A DNA stretch of 64,000 bases from Craspedostauros australis. Taxonomy: Eukaryota. How positions within the stretch are numbered: the first letter of the stretch is position 1; each line of letters begins with the position of its first letter. Both the position numbers and the translations under genes were made by a program. Below the pieces are notes generated by a model. That model had not been told where the DNA came from. It did no database searches and saw only the letters and a program-made list of their open reading frames with translations. Below are positions 22,962-35,803 of this stretch, in pieces. The stretch is taken from positions 1-64,000 of the forward strand of contig JALAGF010000714.1 in NCBI GenBank assembly GCA_030167865.1. Reading direction: 5' to 3'.

Positions 22962-23779
22962 TGTGTTGGCGGTCAGGATGTGCGGTAACGCAGCGAGAAG
23001 GTTCAAGTTGGCGCAGGCAGGCGACTCTCTTTCAACTTCGGTGGGTGCTGATTGTGTGTGAGCGTGTGATCCGGTGCGGTGTCTTTTACTATGTAGTCAA
23101 CCAGTACCAATACTATGGAGAGTCTATTTACAATACAGTACGAGTACTTGATTGTGGTTGTCGGGTGCTCGTCCGCGGCAACCAAAGGCGGAAACGGTGG
23201 CGAAGAGAGAGAAGTGGAACGCAATCGTTGGATCTTGTCGCAGTTGTCGGCGTGTTGCTTTGGATGACGTAACTGACGGGTTTCTTCACAAACAGTCAGA
23301 CGCAAATGAAAAGTACTCCGATAGCTCTCTCCTTCGCTCTGCAACGACAACAACGATGACGCCACTCCAACCATCGCTCACAACTCATCGGCTGTGACTT
23401 CTACCACGACACTGGAAGAAGCACCGAGCGATGGGACATTGGAAACGCAAGAGTGCTTCATTGATGTCTTGTTGTCGTCGCTAACATTCTAATTTAGAGT
23501 ATCCATGATCAAAAGAGAAGCTCACCAATGCTGGTCTGTTCTATGCACAGGTACTCTGACCCTATTGATGTGGTATCACATGAAGTTTACGCGCTGCCTC
23601 CAGAGGGCGACGTGAGTGCCGAGTATGACGGAATGTTGAATGTTTCGACAGGTCATGTGTGTTGGCTGTGCTGTTGTTACGTGGCAACGATTTGAGAAAC
23701 GTCGCAATCTGTTCGCATCGGCTGAAGTTTCGATACCGTCATCTTCCAATGTGGCGCGCTCACGGTGGCATAACATCGT

Positions 23780-25672
23780 TTAGAACTGCACGACAGATGG
23801 GTCCTTGCGTAAAAGTTCGTAGATGGTGCCGATGTTGGCAGATGGGTTGAATGCGGGCATCAATCCGGTCTTGGGATCAACTTCCGTCAATGCATTGGGG
23901 TAACTCTTCCAGAGCTGCTTGGTCCCTTCGTTCCATTGCTTGCCGCTTCCGATGGCCATGTGCAATGGCAGCTGGCCAGTCTTGGCGTAGCGTATCTTCG
24001 CTGCTTCCGGGTCAGCGGAAAGGAGGATGTCGATGACCGACTCGCTCTTTTGCTGCGGCTGCGGTTGTTGCTGAGGTGGATTTGTTGTATCCGTTGCGTT
24101 GGCTGGTGCTGCATCTGCGTTGTGTTGATTCGGAGCCGTGCTGTGATCATCTTCTGCGTGGCTCTCGTTGGATGCGGTGGCATCATCGCCGAGGATTTGA
24201 TCCTCGAGAGTGTAGCCACCATCGGAGAGATCGCGGACCTGATAGATGGGTGCCATCGCTGCGATGTGCAGTGGCGTCATGCCGTTCTTGTCGCACTCCT
24301 TGAGCTGCTGGCGATACAGCGTAGTGGCGATCTTGACAACGGCGCGTGGGCAGTCCACGGTGGAAGCCGCATGCAGCACGTGCGAGTGGTAGATGAGATC
24401 GGTCTCGCAGTCGTTGCGGCTGGCACTGCCGCTGCCAATGCTGTTCTCAGCTGCCTGTTGGGTGGATTGCGTCTGAGGATCGTTGGTGATGGACCCAGCG
24501 TACGCATAGCGCAGCAGGAGCATCGTGCGCCTCCACGCCTCGCCCAATTCGCCCACGAGATCGGCGGACGTCTTGACGTTGTCAATGACATCGTCTCCGA
24601 GGATGACGAAATACCTGACCCAGAGGCGCAGCATCGGCGTGAGGCCTTCGTAGTCGCGTTCGTGCACGGCTGCAGGGTTGGCCCGCAGGAGCTCGTGGAT
24701 AACTTCGATGGGCGCGTCGCAACGACATGCCGCATGGAGGGGCGTGTCGCCGTCCACATCGCGCATGGAGGTCTGGCCATGGTAACCACCCTCCAGGAGG
24801 GTACGCACGACGTGGACGGAGGCGTGGGGTGACGAGCACGTGATGTGCAGCGGGTTCATGTTGGACGTTCCCACCATGAGCGAGGCCTCGGGGTAAGCGC
24901 GGAGGAGCAGTCCCACCACGGAGGCTGGTGCATCATGATCACACGCGACGTGCAAGGGGGTTCGGCCTTGTTCGCCCACCACCTTGGACTCGCGAGGGAA
25001 GGCGGAGACGCGAGCGTAGGTGCCCGCCCAGTTGTAGGAGTTGACGAGCTGCATGAGGACGGAATCTGGGTTGTAGAGATGTTTGTACCTGTTGGACTCT
25101 TCAAACATTTCTGCCTCGTCTCCGCTGTAGTTGTAGTCGTTGTCATCGTTGGTGTTGTTGCTGGCATTGGCAGGTTGTTGTTGTGCTTGTGGTTGTGCTT
25201 GTGGCTGAGGTTGTGGCTGTGCTTGCGCATATGAACGTGGTGGAGAAGAGTTGGTGCTTGGATGTTGGAATGTCATGTTGCGCTGGCCGACATTGCTGCT
25301 GTGGCTACTACCACGGTATGCGCTGTCGCCGTCTGTGAAGCTTGCGGCGCTGGGCATGGAGGCAAGGGTGTCTCTGCTGCCGCTGTTGCTCATGGCGACG
25401 ATGGAGCGGTAGAGATGGGTTGGGACGTTGAAGAAGGGAACCGGCGATGTCGGTGAGGTAGCCGAGGCAGACTGCGGGAGTGCGACAGGAACCGTGGGTT
25501 CGAAGGAGTAGGCTGACTGTTGCTGGGACTGCTGTTGGAGCTGCTGCTGGAAGGCGGCGAGATGAAAGTGGGGTTCAGGGTACGCAGTTGGCATGGAGGA
25601 CAGGGCCGTGCGGGCTCTCTTCGGTGATGGACCCGTTGCGGACATGCTCATGTTGATGGCTGATGTTGGCAT
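23780..25672 (-). CDS. Ankyrin-repeat protein with low-complexity N-terminus (630 aa)
   Basis: GRTPLHVAC, MNPLHITC, GDTPLHAAC, GMTPLHIAA and GQLPLHMAI repeats. Confidence 0.88.
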   Translation of the reverse strand: MPTSAINMSMSATGPSPKRARTALSSMPTAYPEPHFHLAAFQQQLQQQSQQQSAYSFEPTVPVALPQSASATSPTSPVPFFNVPTHLYRSIVAMSNSGSRDTLASMPSAASFTDGDSAYRGSSHSSNVGQRNMTFQHPSTNSSPPRSYAQAQPQPQPQAQPQAQQQPANASNNTNDDNDYNYSGDEAEMFEESNRYKHLYNPDSVLMQLVNSYNWAGTYARVSAFPRESKVVGEQGRTPLHVACDHDAPASVVGLLLRAYPEASLMVGTSNMNPLHITCSSPHASVHVVRTLLEGGYHGQTSMRDVDGDTPLHAACRCDAPIEVIHELLRANPAAVHERDYEGLTPMLRLWVRYFVILGDDVIDNVKTSADLVGELGEAWRRTMLLLRYAYAGSITNDPQTQSTQQAAENSIGSGSASRNDCETDLIYHSHVLHAASTVDCPRAVVKIATTLYRQQLKECDKNGMTPLHIAAMAPIYQVRDLSDGGYTLEDQILGDDATASNESHAEDDHSTAPNQHNADAAPANATDTTNPPQQQPQPQQKSESVIDILLSADPEAAKIRYAKTGQLPLHMAIGSGKQWNEGTKQLWKSYPNALTEVDPKTGLMPAFNPSANIGTIYELLRKDPSVVQF

Positions 25673-28600
25673 GCTTTCAAGCTGTGTTGTGTGTGTAAAT
25701 ACAGAGTGGGTGGGTGGATGGATGTGTTTTGTGTTGGTGTGGCAGCAGCAGCAGCTGTTGATGATGATGATGTCTTTGATGTTGTTTTGTGTTTGTGTTG
25801 GTGCGTATTTGCGTTCGTGTGAAGGAAGGACGCCTTTTGCTTTGGTCCTGTTTCGCGGATTATGAGGTTTGTGTGGGTTGTGGCTATGCGGTTGCTGAAA
25901 CTCAGCGCTTGTGTTGGGCAGCTGTGGTGAAACGAAACGGAGTGATGGCGTCCGCAGCTGCTGCTGTCGTGGCGGCGCCTCCAGGTCGTGTCTTGTTCGT
26001 GACGTTGCTTGAGCGTGTACAAGCAGAACAGGATGCAGAGTTGTATCGTGTCGTATCGTGTTGGACCGAACGAGGTGGAGTGGAGTGGATGGTGTGGTCT
26101 CAGGAACCGCTGCAATGAGCCTTGTATAGCTTGTATGAGAGCACGTGCCTGTTTTGTCGCTTCGTGTCGTTGATGGTTTCCGCCCAACGCAGGCTGTACC
26201 AATGGAGATGCGGTTGATAGAGATGGAGAATGACGGAGAAGGGAGAGATGAGAATCTCCGAGAATGCGAGGTGACCCTGGGCTGGCGCTGCGACCACAGG
26301 CTATGTTTTGTGCTGTCCTCGTCCGTAACCGCCGTGTGGTCAGAAACGAATGAATGCCGGAGATGAGAGAAGGGTCCTGCTGCTGGTCTTCTGCCTGTTC
26401 CGAGACGTCGTCGGCAACTTGTTTCTCTTGGCTCCCTGTTGTCTGTTTGCCTGTTTGCCTGATGACTGCTGGCTCCTCTGTGTCTCTTGATGGGTTGTTG
26501 CTGGTGCCTGCTGCTGCCGTTGGAGAATCGGTGATGCGCTTTGGCGTCTCTGGAGCGGAGTCGTCGCGCGACGAGGAGTGTGGGTATTGTGGGTGGTGCT
26601 CAAGAGCGGGGCTTCTCGTTTTGGCGGTTGCTGTTTTTGTTTGAGGCCTGCTGCGAAGCTGATCCTTTCCGGGTTCTGTCCTTCCCTCCCTTGGTCGATG
26701 CAGATGATGCAGATGATGGAGAGGGAGAGAGATGGGCCAACAGCTGATGACACAGCTGGTGCGGGTATTCTTCGTCCCCACGCGCGATGCTATGGGACTG
26801 GGGCTGGGCTCTTGCTCCCTTGCTCGATGTTGATCCTGTTGCGGCTTTTCTTCTCTACTCGTGGCTCGTGGACCAGATTTGGGTAACGGGTGGCTTGGTG
26901 GCAGCACGAAGAGCGGAATGGATGACGATGGAGGTGTTCTGGAATGCGGATAGCCACGGCGATCCTGTTCGAAAAAGTGGGGAAGGGATAGATTGGAGCG
27001 TCGCGGAGCAAGGATGGTGCCTAAACACGATGATGGAGCAAGCTTGTGGTGTATTGCAATTGAGGACCTCCAGTTGTTTGCTTGCGTTTCCCTTCCTTGG
27101 TCTTTTGTTTGGGACGCTGTGAGGAAGCTCGGAATCTCCTTTGCTCGCGAAGGTTGGGATGCGGACGTGGATGGATTAGACACACAAAGAGGCACCTCCT
27201 TGTTGTTGGGATGCAAACAAGAACAGAGGAGTGCGATGGCATGGGATGCGGTGGAGGTGTTCGTCGATGACGTCGTGTGGTCGGAAGCGCTGATGACGAA
27301 CACACCCCTGGCTCAGTCTTTTCTCTCCGTTCAGTTCCAGAGATGTTCGTGAACACACGAACTGATTCCTCTGTTGTTCCCCTGTAGCCGCTGTTGTCTG
27401 TTGCCTGTTGCTTTGTCCGTGAACAGATTAATTGAGTTGTTTGCTTGGCTTTGTTTGTTTGTTTCCAGCAACGGGGTGATCATTTTCTGATGTCGCTTGC
27501 TCCTTTCGCTGTCTTCTTCTCACTCTTCACATTTCCAGCGAACAGAAGTGGTAGAGTGTGAGTACCGGATTGCTCAGTTGTGTTGGAGTCCTGTCATTTG
27601 TGTTCTTGCGGTTGGATCATCGAGTTTGCCTCGTGCGCGAAATCTCTTGTTGGCTCGTTGTTTTCAACCCAAAACACCCCAAGGAAGAAACGCGGATACA
27701 TGTGATACAGAAGCAACCATACAGACATTTTTTGGTTCGGTCATGGAATTGCCCAATGTCCGACGAGCCCGCTTCCACTGTTCTCCGCACAATGGATCGG
27801 ATTCGTGCATAGCCCCAATAATCAACATCCTGTTCGGCCAGGTGGAGGCTTCAAAACAACAGCTGGGTGTCTATGCCACTTCTTGGAAAGGAGCGACAAA
27901 TCTGTTGTTGATGTTACCAGTCATTGTTCAACGGGAGAAACCCAAGAGCCAAAACCCGAACCTTCTCAGGTGATCTCCTTAATTACGCAGCCAAGCGCTG
28001 GGACACATGTGACGTCATCATATCTCCATCCAAGGTTACTGCCACAACAGATGACAATCTTGTTCGGGCTTGCTGCGCACAACTGTTGCGAGACGCGCGA
28101 AGCCACGTCATGTGGTGCACCAATCCGAACTATCCGAAGAAGCGTGATTGATAGTTAGCAGCGAGCGACGCAAAGTCCAATCTGTCCCCGAGGACAATCC
28201 AGCGTGTTTACGACCGGAGATATTCTTGACCTTCAAGGGTGACGTACTATCATTTCTCCGCTGACGATTTCTCCGTTGGCTGGAAGACGCCACGAGAGCA
28301 GCAAAATCGCTGTCAACTGATTGGACGACAACGTGGAAGACTTGGCCAATCATGTCGCTCGAGTTCACAGAAATGACAGAAAGCACGATTTGCACGATCC
28401 ACCAATCGTGGGAAGGACCCAAACGAAAGGATCATCATTCTTGTCCATGAAAACGGTACCGGAAGGGCAGTTGCGATAAATCTACCGCAGCCCCCATGGA
28501 TGATTCAATTCGAGGACTTTGGTGTCCGTTACTTGCAGCAAACAGCGATTTGCACTGTTCGAAAATTGATTGTTGTGTTCGATATCGTATGTTCGGGAAT

Positions 28601-28843
28601 CGTTCATTGAACGTGACTGGTCGGATCCTCTGTTTCCTGTTAGCAACGATCTACGCAGAAACACAAACACGAAGAGAGGATCTGCCCACACATCAGCAGG
28701 CTCCGACATTCGCAGCCTCTCCACTCTTGCACATCACCAGCATCGACTTCGAACGAGCACATCGACACCCGGCATTCTGAATCCAGCATCCAACATCCAA
28801 CATCAAACATCAAACATCAAACGCAACTCACGAGGAGACAGAG

Positions 28844-29590
28844 ATGAAGCAGGCTTGGGTGGTAGTGACAGGGGCAGGATCGGGTCTCGGCCGTGCCATG
28901 GCTGTGCACTTCTCGCAGAACGGTTTTCCTGTGCTGGGAATCGGGCGTCGCCTGGCTCCGCTGCAGGAGATCGAATCCGGCTCCATCTCCATCCTCAGCG
29001 CCGATGTCAGCGAGCAGGAAGGACGGCAGGCCATCTACGACGCCATCCCAACGGGTGACCACATCAAGTACCTCATCCACAATGCCGGGGTCCTCGAGCC
29101 CATCCAGCCGCTGATGGACGTCAAGCCCGCTGACTTCCGCAAGCACATGTCCATCAACCTCGAGGCACCGTTGTTCTGCACGCAGATGCTGGCACCCAAA
29201 TTCCAGGCCAACTCCACGCGCGTTCTGCATGTGTCCTCAGGCGCCGCCGTGTCACCCTACGAGGGATGGGGCACCTACTGCACATCGAAGGCCGCTCTCA
29301 ACATGGTCTACCGAGTCCTCGACCTCGAACTCAAAGCGAAAGGTATCCGCGTCGGCAGCGTGCGACCCGGCGTGGTGGATACGCCCATGCAGAGCGTCGT
29401 CAGGTCAGCCGACGAGGCTGTGTTCCCCAACCTGCAGCGCTTCGTGGATCTCAAGGAAAGCAATCAACTCCTGCCTCCAGAGAAGGTGGCCAGATTCATG
29501 TTCTGGCTGCTCACAGAGACGACGCCAGATGAGTTTGCTGCAGAAGAGTGGGACATTCGAGATGACCGGCACCAGGGAAAGTGGGAGTGA
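28844..29590 (+). CDS. Short-chain dehydrogenase/reductase (sepiapterin/benzil reductase-like)
   Basis: TGAGSGLG nucleotide-binding motif, HNAG, VSSGAA, catalytic YCTSK, PGVVDTPMQ. Confidence 0.92.
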   Translation: MKQAWVVVTGAGSGLGRAMAVHFSQNGFPVLGIGRRLAPLQEIESGSISILSADVSEQEGRQAIYDAIPTGDHIKYLIHNAGVLEPIQPLMDVKPADFRKHMSINLEAPLFCTQMLAPKFQANSTRVLHVSSGAAVSPYEGWGTYCTSKAALNMVYRVLDLELKAKGIRVGSVRPGVVDTPMQSVVRSADEAVFPNLQRFVDLKESNQLLPPEKVARFMFWLLTETTPDEFAAEEWDIRDDRHQGKWE

Positions 29591-29790
29591 GCAGAAAGGA
29601 CGCCGGCGCGTTGACTAAGCGCGTGCACATGCACCCATGTATGAAGCAGCTCCGCTCCTAGTGCGTTTGCAACAGGCGATATTGAAGCAGCTTGTTAGAG
29701 GAACCTACTAGAGAGCAAGAGTTATGAACATGGTATTGCGTGAAAGAGAGCGCTCAACTGCAGCGTATCATTACTTCCAGCTTGACTTCT

Positions 29791-32700
29791 CTACGACTGC
29801 ACCGACGGTGCTGCCGTGTCCAATTGCCACTCTTCCAGCTCGCCAAAGGCTGGCTTGGCTCTGTTGCCGTTGCGGAGCGGAACCTTCACCACGGCCTTGG
29901 TTTCTCGTGCGTGCTTCACCAGATCCTGCCAGTACGGATTGACAGTGATGGAATCACACCGCGCAATCACGAACAGGAAGTGCTTGGCTCGCGTCAGCGC
30001 CACGTTCATTCGGCGGATGTCGCTGAGGAAGCCAATTCCCCCACCGACGCCACCGGCTCGCACTGCGGAAAAGATGACGATGTTCGCCTCGCGGCCTTGG
30101 AATGCATCGACGGTGTTGATCTCGACCATCTTCTCGTAGTCCTCACCCAGAGCATCGTGGAAGGACTGCTTGAGCAAGGCGGCCTGTTGGCTGTACGGCG
30201 TGATCACAGCAACACGCGTGCGTGCCGACAATCCTCTGGTCAGCTTGCGTAGCGATTCAAACAGGAATACTGCCAGATGAGCCTCGATGGTGTTCGACAG
30301 ACTCGTCCCTCCTCTCTCCTCCTTGGACTCCAAATTCAGGATGGTGAATGGCTGAATACAAATAGGATGATGAGCATACGGATTTAACGCGTTCGAGTAG
30401 ATACATGCAGGGGATCAAGATGGAACAGCGAAATGGAATGGATGGACGACCCCAAAGGATGCCAGCTTGAAGCCGCAACACGTGCACGCACACACTCCCG
30501 CACGCACGCACAAACTATCAGTCGAGCTTGCTAAAATTGACCAAATCAACATGACACGAGATATCCAGCAAGGAAGCGAACGAGCAAGCACACCAATGTA
30601 AACCAAACCAACAACGTACCTGTAGGTTTGGAGCTTGCATCGCCACGATGGGCACGACGGGGTTTCCGTACTTCTTGTCAGTCACGTTCGGACCATCCAT
30701 CAGATTGCCCCCGTAAAAGCGCTCGCGAGGGAAGCGAGAGATCTTTGGATGCATGCGGTACTGCTCATTCAGCATGAACACCTCATGCCCAGCCTCCTCC
30801 AACCGCTGGAAGAGGCTGCGGTCGAACTTTGAACCGCGTCCCGCAACATTGAACACGGTCGCAGGGAGTTGCTGAGGGTCACCGACCAACACAGCATGTT
30901 GCGAACCAAGATGCAGCGCCGCCAGCGTTGACGGCTCCACGCTCTGCGCCGCCTCGTCGACAACCACCACCTCGAATCGGTGGGTGCCTTCCAACGCCCT
31001 GCTTCCTGCCGTTCCCAACGTCGTCATCACCACATGCACGGTATTCAGCAGATGATTCTCAACAGCCTGGCGCAACGAAGCGTGGCGAGACCCGTTGTCG
31101 ATGGAGTTCTGGACGATCCCGCACTGCTCCAATCGCTGTTTCGCACGGAAGTACTTCTCCACGTACGAGACGGTTCGGGATGCGTACTGTTTGTACTCAG
31201 GCATGGCTTGCGGGTGAATCATCTGCCCGTTGTACCCAGGTGGTGGCGGGCAGCTATACGTCGTGGTCCCATTCAAGACATTCCAAAAGTACGCCCGGCC
31301 AGACTCCTCAAACGTATCCTCATCAATCTTGATCTCCCAGTCACGGCTAAGTGGGCCGGGTGCGGCCATTTGAATCGCGGCCAATCGACGTCGCCCTTCT
31401 GCAATGCGCTTCTCCAACATTCGAAGCTCCCGCTTCAAGTCTCGCGTTGTTGAGTCCAGGAGTCCCTGGTCAAGGATGTTGTTGAGCACCTTGTCCACAC
31501 GAGCTTCCAATGAAACGGGCTTGACGGCCAGGGATTGTCGCGCGCCGAGGCGGATCATGCTGGGATTGTAGCGCTTGCCGTTCCGGTCGAGGAACCCATC
31601 CTCCATGATCTTCAGGATGATGTTGTCCACCGCCGCGTTCGATGGTGCACACACCAGCAGCCGCGGCATGGACTTGCGTGCGATGTCCAATTCCAACTGC
31701 TGATTCCCACTCGGCATCGCAATGATCCTCTCCACTTCATCGTAGTACTTTTTGTACTGGCGGATGTGGAGAGAATTGAGCACTGCCACAAGCGTTGTCG
31801 TTTCTGTCGAAAAGAGTGCACAAGATGGTTGCAAGGGGCAAGTGATTATCGAATACGTACGGATATTGTACCATTCGTAGCGTGGCAGAAAAGAGTAGAT
31901 TCGTTCACGACAAGGCCGCGTTGGATGGGACACGGATTAGCGCGAGATTACGAACATTCTGGTACGAGAGTCAAGCGCATTGACGGGAGTACTCGTATGT
32001 ATATGCATGACATGACACAAACATCAAGAGCATCTCATTGCAGATCTTGCGTGGCACAGAATGTGAGCACGCAGGAGAAAGACAATCAGTCACTTACTTC
32101 CACTTCCCGGAGGGCCCTGTCAGGTGATGGATGGGTGTTCCATTGGCGATAACGGCAGTAATGGCACGAGCATTGCGGTGCCATTGCGGGAGCAATACGT
32201 CCCGTATCATCAACAGACAAGAACAGATGAGAGCATGATTGTGCAATTCACGTGAGTTTGCCGATGTTCATCCATGCCAATGCTCTTCACGCATGCACAC
32301 TACCAAACACATACACCCTGCACATTGCACATGCATTCACCCATACATTCAGTCACTCATACAAGTACAAGTACACACATATACACACACACACACATAT
32401 ACAGAGCCGCTTACCTTGATGAGCGTGAACCCTTCATCGCCATACCCTCGGGCAGCAGCGGCGATGGCGGCTAGCTGCGATGGGTTGAACTTGTTCTTTG
32501 CATAGTTGGTGAAGCCACTGCCCAGAGCTTTGGCCCCGCCCATCTGTTCCAGCAGATCCGCCCGCGACTCGCGCGATACCAGCTGCCGTTCGGCCATCAT
32601 CTCTGGCGTTACTTTGCCTGGCAGATGCAGTCCCATCATGTACTTGCGCAACGGAAGGCGATTCACGTTGCAGAGTGCTGTGAATTCGCGCAGCGCAGTA

Positions 32701-34508
32701 ATGTTGCCACCGATCTTGAGCAAGAACATCTCGGGCTGTCCAATCCTCGCCCAGCGCTCCTTGGAGATCTTGAGAATGAGTCCGTCTGCGTCCTTGCGCG
32801 ATATCTCGGTGTGGCCAACGATCACCATTTCCTCCAGCATGTCCTCAGTCTCTTGCACGGCAAGGCCACGAATCAACCTGGACAAGACCTTCTTGTAGTG
32901 GACGGGGATCAAGCAGCAGACATCATGCATGAGGAGATTCATGCCGCGGCCGTCCTCACGGAATTTGGTCGCAACCTGCACGTTGCACCAGTTGAGATCC
33001 ATGGCATCCATTTGCATGTCTCTGTCGCGGCGCGACCCCATCCCCTTGGTGGTCGTGTCGACGCTGACCAGGACGAACGAGACCTGCTGATGGTTGTGCT
33101 GGTTGACCTCGGTGCTGATTTCGGACAAGAGCTGCGCCCTGGCCTCGGCCTTGCACAGCGGCGCCCACGCTGCTATGTACTGGCGGTGATTGAGAAAAGT
33201 GTTGGGCAACGGCTTTCGCTTCGGGAGCTTTTCATCCTTCTCCTCCTCCGACATGTTCTGGTGCTCGATCTGCGTTGCCAGATCCGCCGCGAAGTTCCAG
33301 TCGCGGATGCTCTTCCAGAAGTCCTCTGGCGAGATCTTGACGGGGATGTTCATGTAGCCTGGCAGATCAGAATGCTTCTGGTATCCGAACTGGCCTCCAG
33401 CGACACCACTCCCACCCTGTGTCGGTCTGTTGTTTGCAGCGGCCTTCATCATATCAATAAGACTGCTCGTCTTCTTCAGTCCTGGCGTTGGGTTGGCTCT
33501 CGCGATCGCAGTGTTCGGTGTTATTGAAGCATGTGTTGACGATGCCATCGAAGAGAGCGCAGGTGATGTTGACCGTGACCCTCCACCTGCTCTTGGTATT
33601 GGTGCTGATGACGACGACGACGATGATGCTGCAGCTCTGTTCTTTCTAGGTAGTTTGGGAATGGCTGGGACTTTCCGAACGGAGGGTCTGCGATGTGGAT
33701 CAGTGGTCACTGACATTGCTGACTCTGTCTTCATTCGGCTAGTGTTTGTGTTTGTGTTCGAGTTGCCGTTCATGCTTGACTGCGCCGATGATCGAGCATG
33801 GTCACCGGCCTCGTTCTTTCGTTTCTTTCTACCAATTTGGAAGGCCGGCTTCTTGCTTTGACCAGCACGTCTCCTGCGGTCAAAGGGGCTGACACTCATG
33901 ATTGCGTTGGCATTCGAGCCTGATGCGACATTGGGTCTTCGACCTTCCGCATTCACCACATCCACGATCATCACATCATCGTCGCCGTCGTCTCTGCCAT
34001 CATTGGTGATACTGCTATTGGCATTGGTGTGGATGGCGGTTCCGTCTTCTTCGTCGCTGCTGGTCAGATCAATGACGCCATTACCATTGCCATTGCCATT
34101 ACCATGACCATTGATATTGGCCTGACTTGGCTTGGAACCGGCTGATTGCGCGTTGCTCATCGTTCCTTTGCCGGTGACGCATGCCAAATGCTGAGACAGC
34201 AACATCGCCCTCGGTCTTTTGCGCGCGATGCTTGGCGCTTTCGCGGCTTTCGGTCCAGGCGCTGCTCGTACCAGCGACGGCAAGGGTGCCGAAGAGATGC
34301 CTTCCCGCGATCTTGCTTCAGGTCTCTTTCTACCAGCTCCTGCAGTGCGGCCGCGGTTCGGTGCGGATGCAGAACCTGCCGCCGACGCCGAACCAGTCTC
34401 GTTTGCCCGTCGGTGAGCCGCAGCAAGACGCCGCTGTCTGGCCAGCACGTCCTGCTCCTTTGAGCTTTTCATCCCCATCCCGCCTCTGCGGCCATGGTTG
34501 GGATACAT
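29791..34508 (-). CDS. SEN1: Sen1/senataxin-like SF1 (Upf1-like) helicase; exons 34508-32415, 32116-32098, 31803-30620, 30351-29791 (1285 aa)
   Basis: FNPSQ Q motif, spliced IK-GPPGSGK-TTTL Walker A, VCAPSNAAVD, VVDEAAQ, VGDPQQLPAT, SLFQRL, QYRMHP, ITPY, TVDAFQGRE, RRMNVALTRAK; three canonical GT-AG introns keep the frame. Confidence 0.92.
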
Positions 34509-35803
34509 GCTCTCAAGAGGGCTCTCCTTGAAGGCGTGTAGTGTGTATGGATGTATGTATATATGGATGGCGGTGGGATCAATTGCGAGTCAATTGCAAG
34601 TCACCACGCTGTCTCTCTCTCTCTCTCTCTGTCTTCAGTGGGCCCTGATTGTTGTCAACGAACAGGAGTGTTTGATGAATGCTTGATGGCCACTGTGGTC
34701 ATCAACTCCATCAAACGAACCTTGCCTGACTTCCCAATCCAGTTGTATTTGGTGGGAGTTCATAGAGCGGATGGTATGCGCAAAGAAGGAATTGGTCACA
34801 TCACACACAACACTGACAGATGTACACGATGTGTGCCACTATCTCCCTCCATGACACGCTTTTTCGGCCAATGCCAAACACAAACACAAACACAAACACA
34901 ACACAGAGCAACACGAACAAATGTGCACAAACTCGCGCAAAGTTTCAAACCGACAACGTGGGACTCATTCGGTTTTCTTCCACGCACCGGATAGAAACTC
35001 AAACAAAATGATACTAACACATAGATACTAGTAGTATCGATTGGAGGGATCGAGAAATCTTGGTATACCACGACTGCGCGCAAGCACATTTTATCAGTCG
35101 GACTAACATGCGTGTGTGTGGCATCGCACCACATGCATGGATGCGTTGTGTCGACTTTGTGATATTTATTTAGTCATACAAACATGCGGGGTACTAATAC
35201 TGAGCGCGGTTTTGCGAGATTCAGATTTCTCTCCACTCTTGTAAACATTGCAGAAAGAGGCGCGCCCGCCTCGCGCCCTCCAAGCGCGACATGTTGACGA
35301 AGGCGGAAGCGCCACAATCCGACCGAAGCCGTCACACAACCGTTGGTGTTCAGAAAACGAAACGGGAAATAATTCAGAATCAAAAACAACGTGGAGTGAT
35401 CGGCACAACAGGAACATCTCTCTCTCTCTCCGACCTGGATCTGCGCGCTGGAGGGCTGCATTCCGAGGCAAGGATAACTCTGCCCTTCCCTCCAAAAGCG
35501 AAAGGAGATTGGCTGGAGCTGGCTCCCTCAAGCGAAGTGAAGTGTAGTGAACTGAATTGAATTGAATTGAAACAACAGCAACAGAGACGACGTTAACGCC
35601 ATAGTGATCATCATTGGCAACGGCAACAACAAATGCACAGTCCAGAACACATCAATCACAACAAGCAATCGATCAATCGATCAATCGGTCGATCAAGGAA
35701 GTGAAGAGACGGCAGAGAACCTCGACGTGAAGACACCAAACGCCTCTCCCATCATCATTACCATCATCATTACCATTGCCACAACAGCAGCAACAGCAAC
35801 AAC

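Noticed and set aside
25648-27303. 551-aa minus-strand ORF upstream of the ankyrin gene
   Set aside because: Non-ATG start, low-complexity C/A-rich composition and no domain; more likely leader or intergenic sequence, though not excluded.
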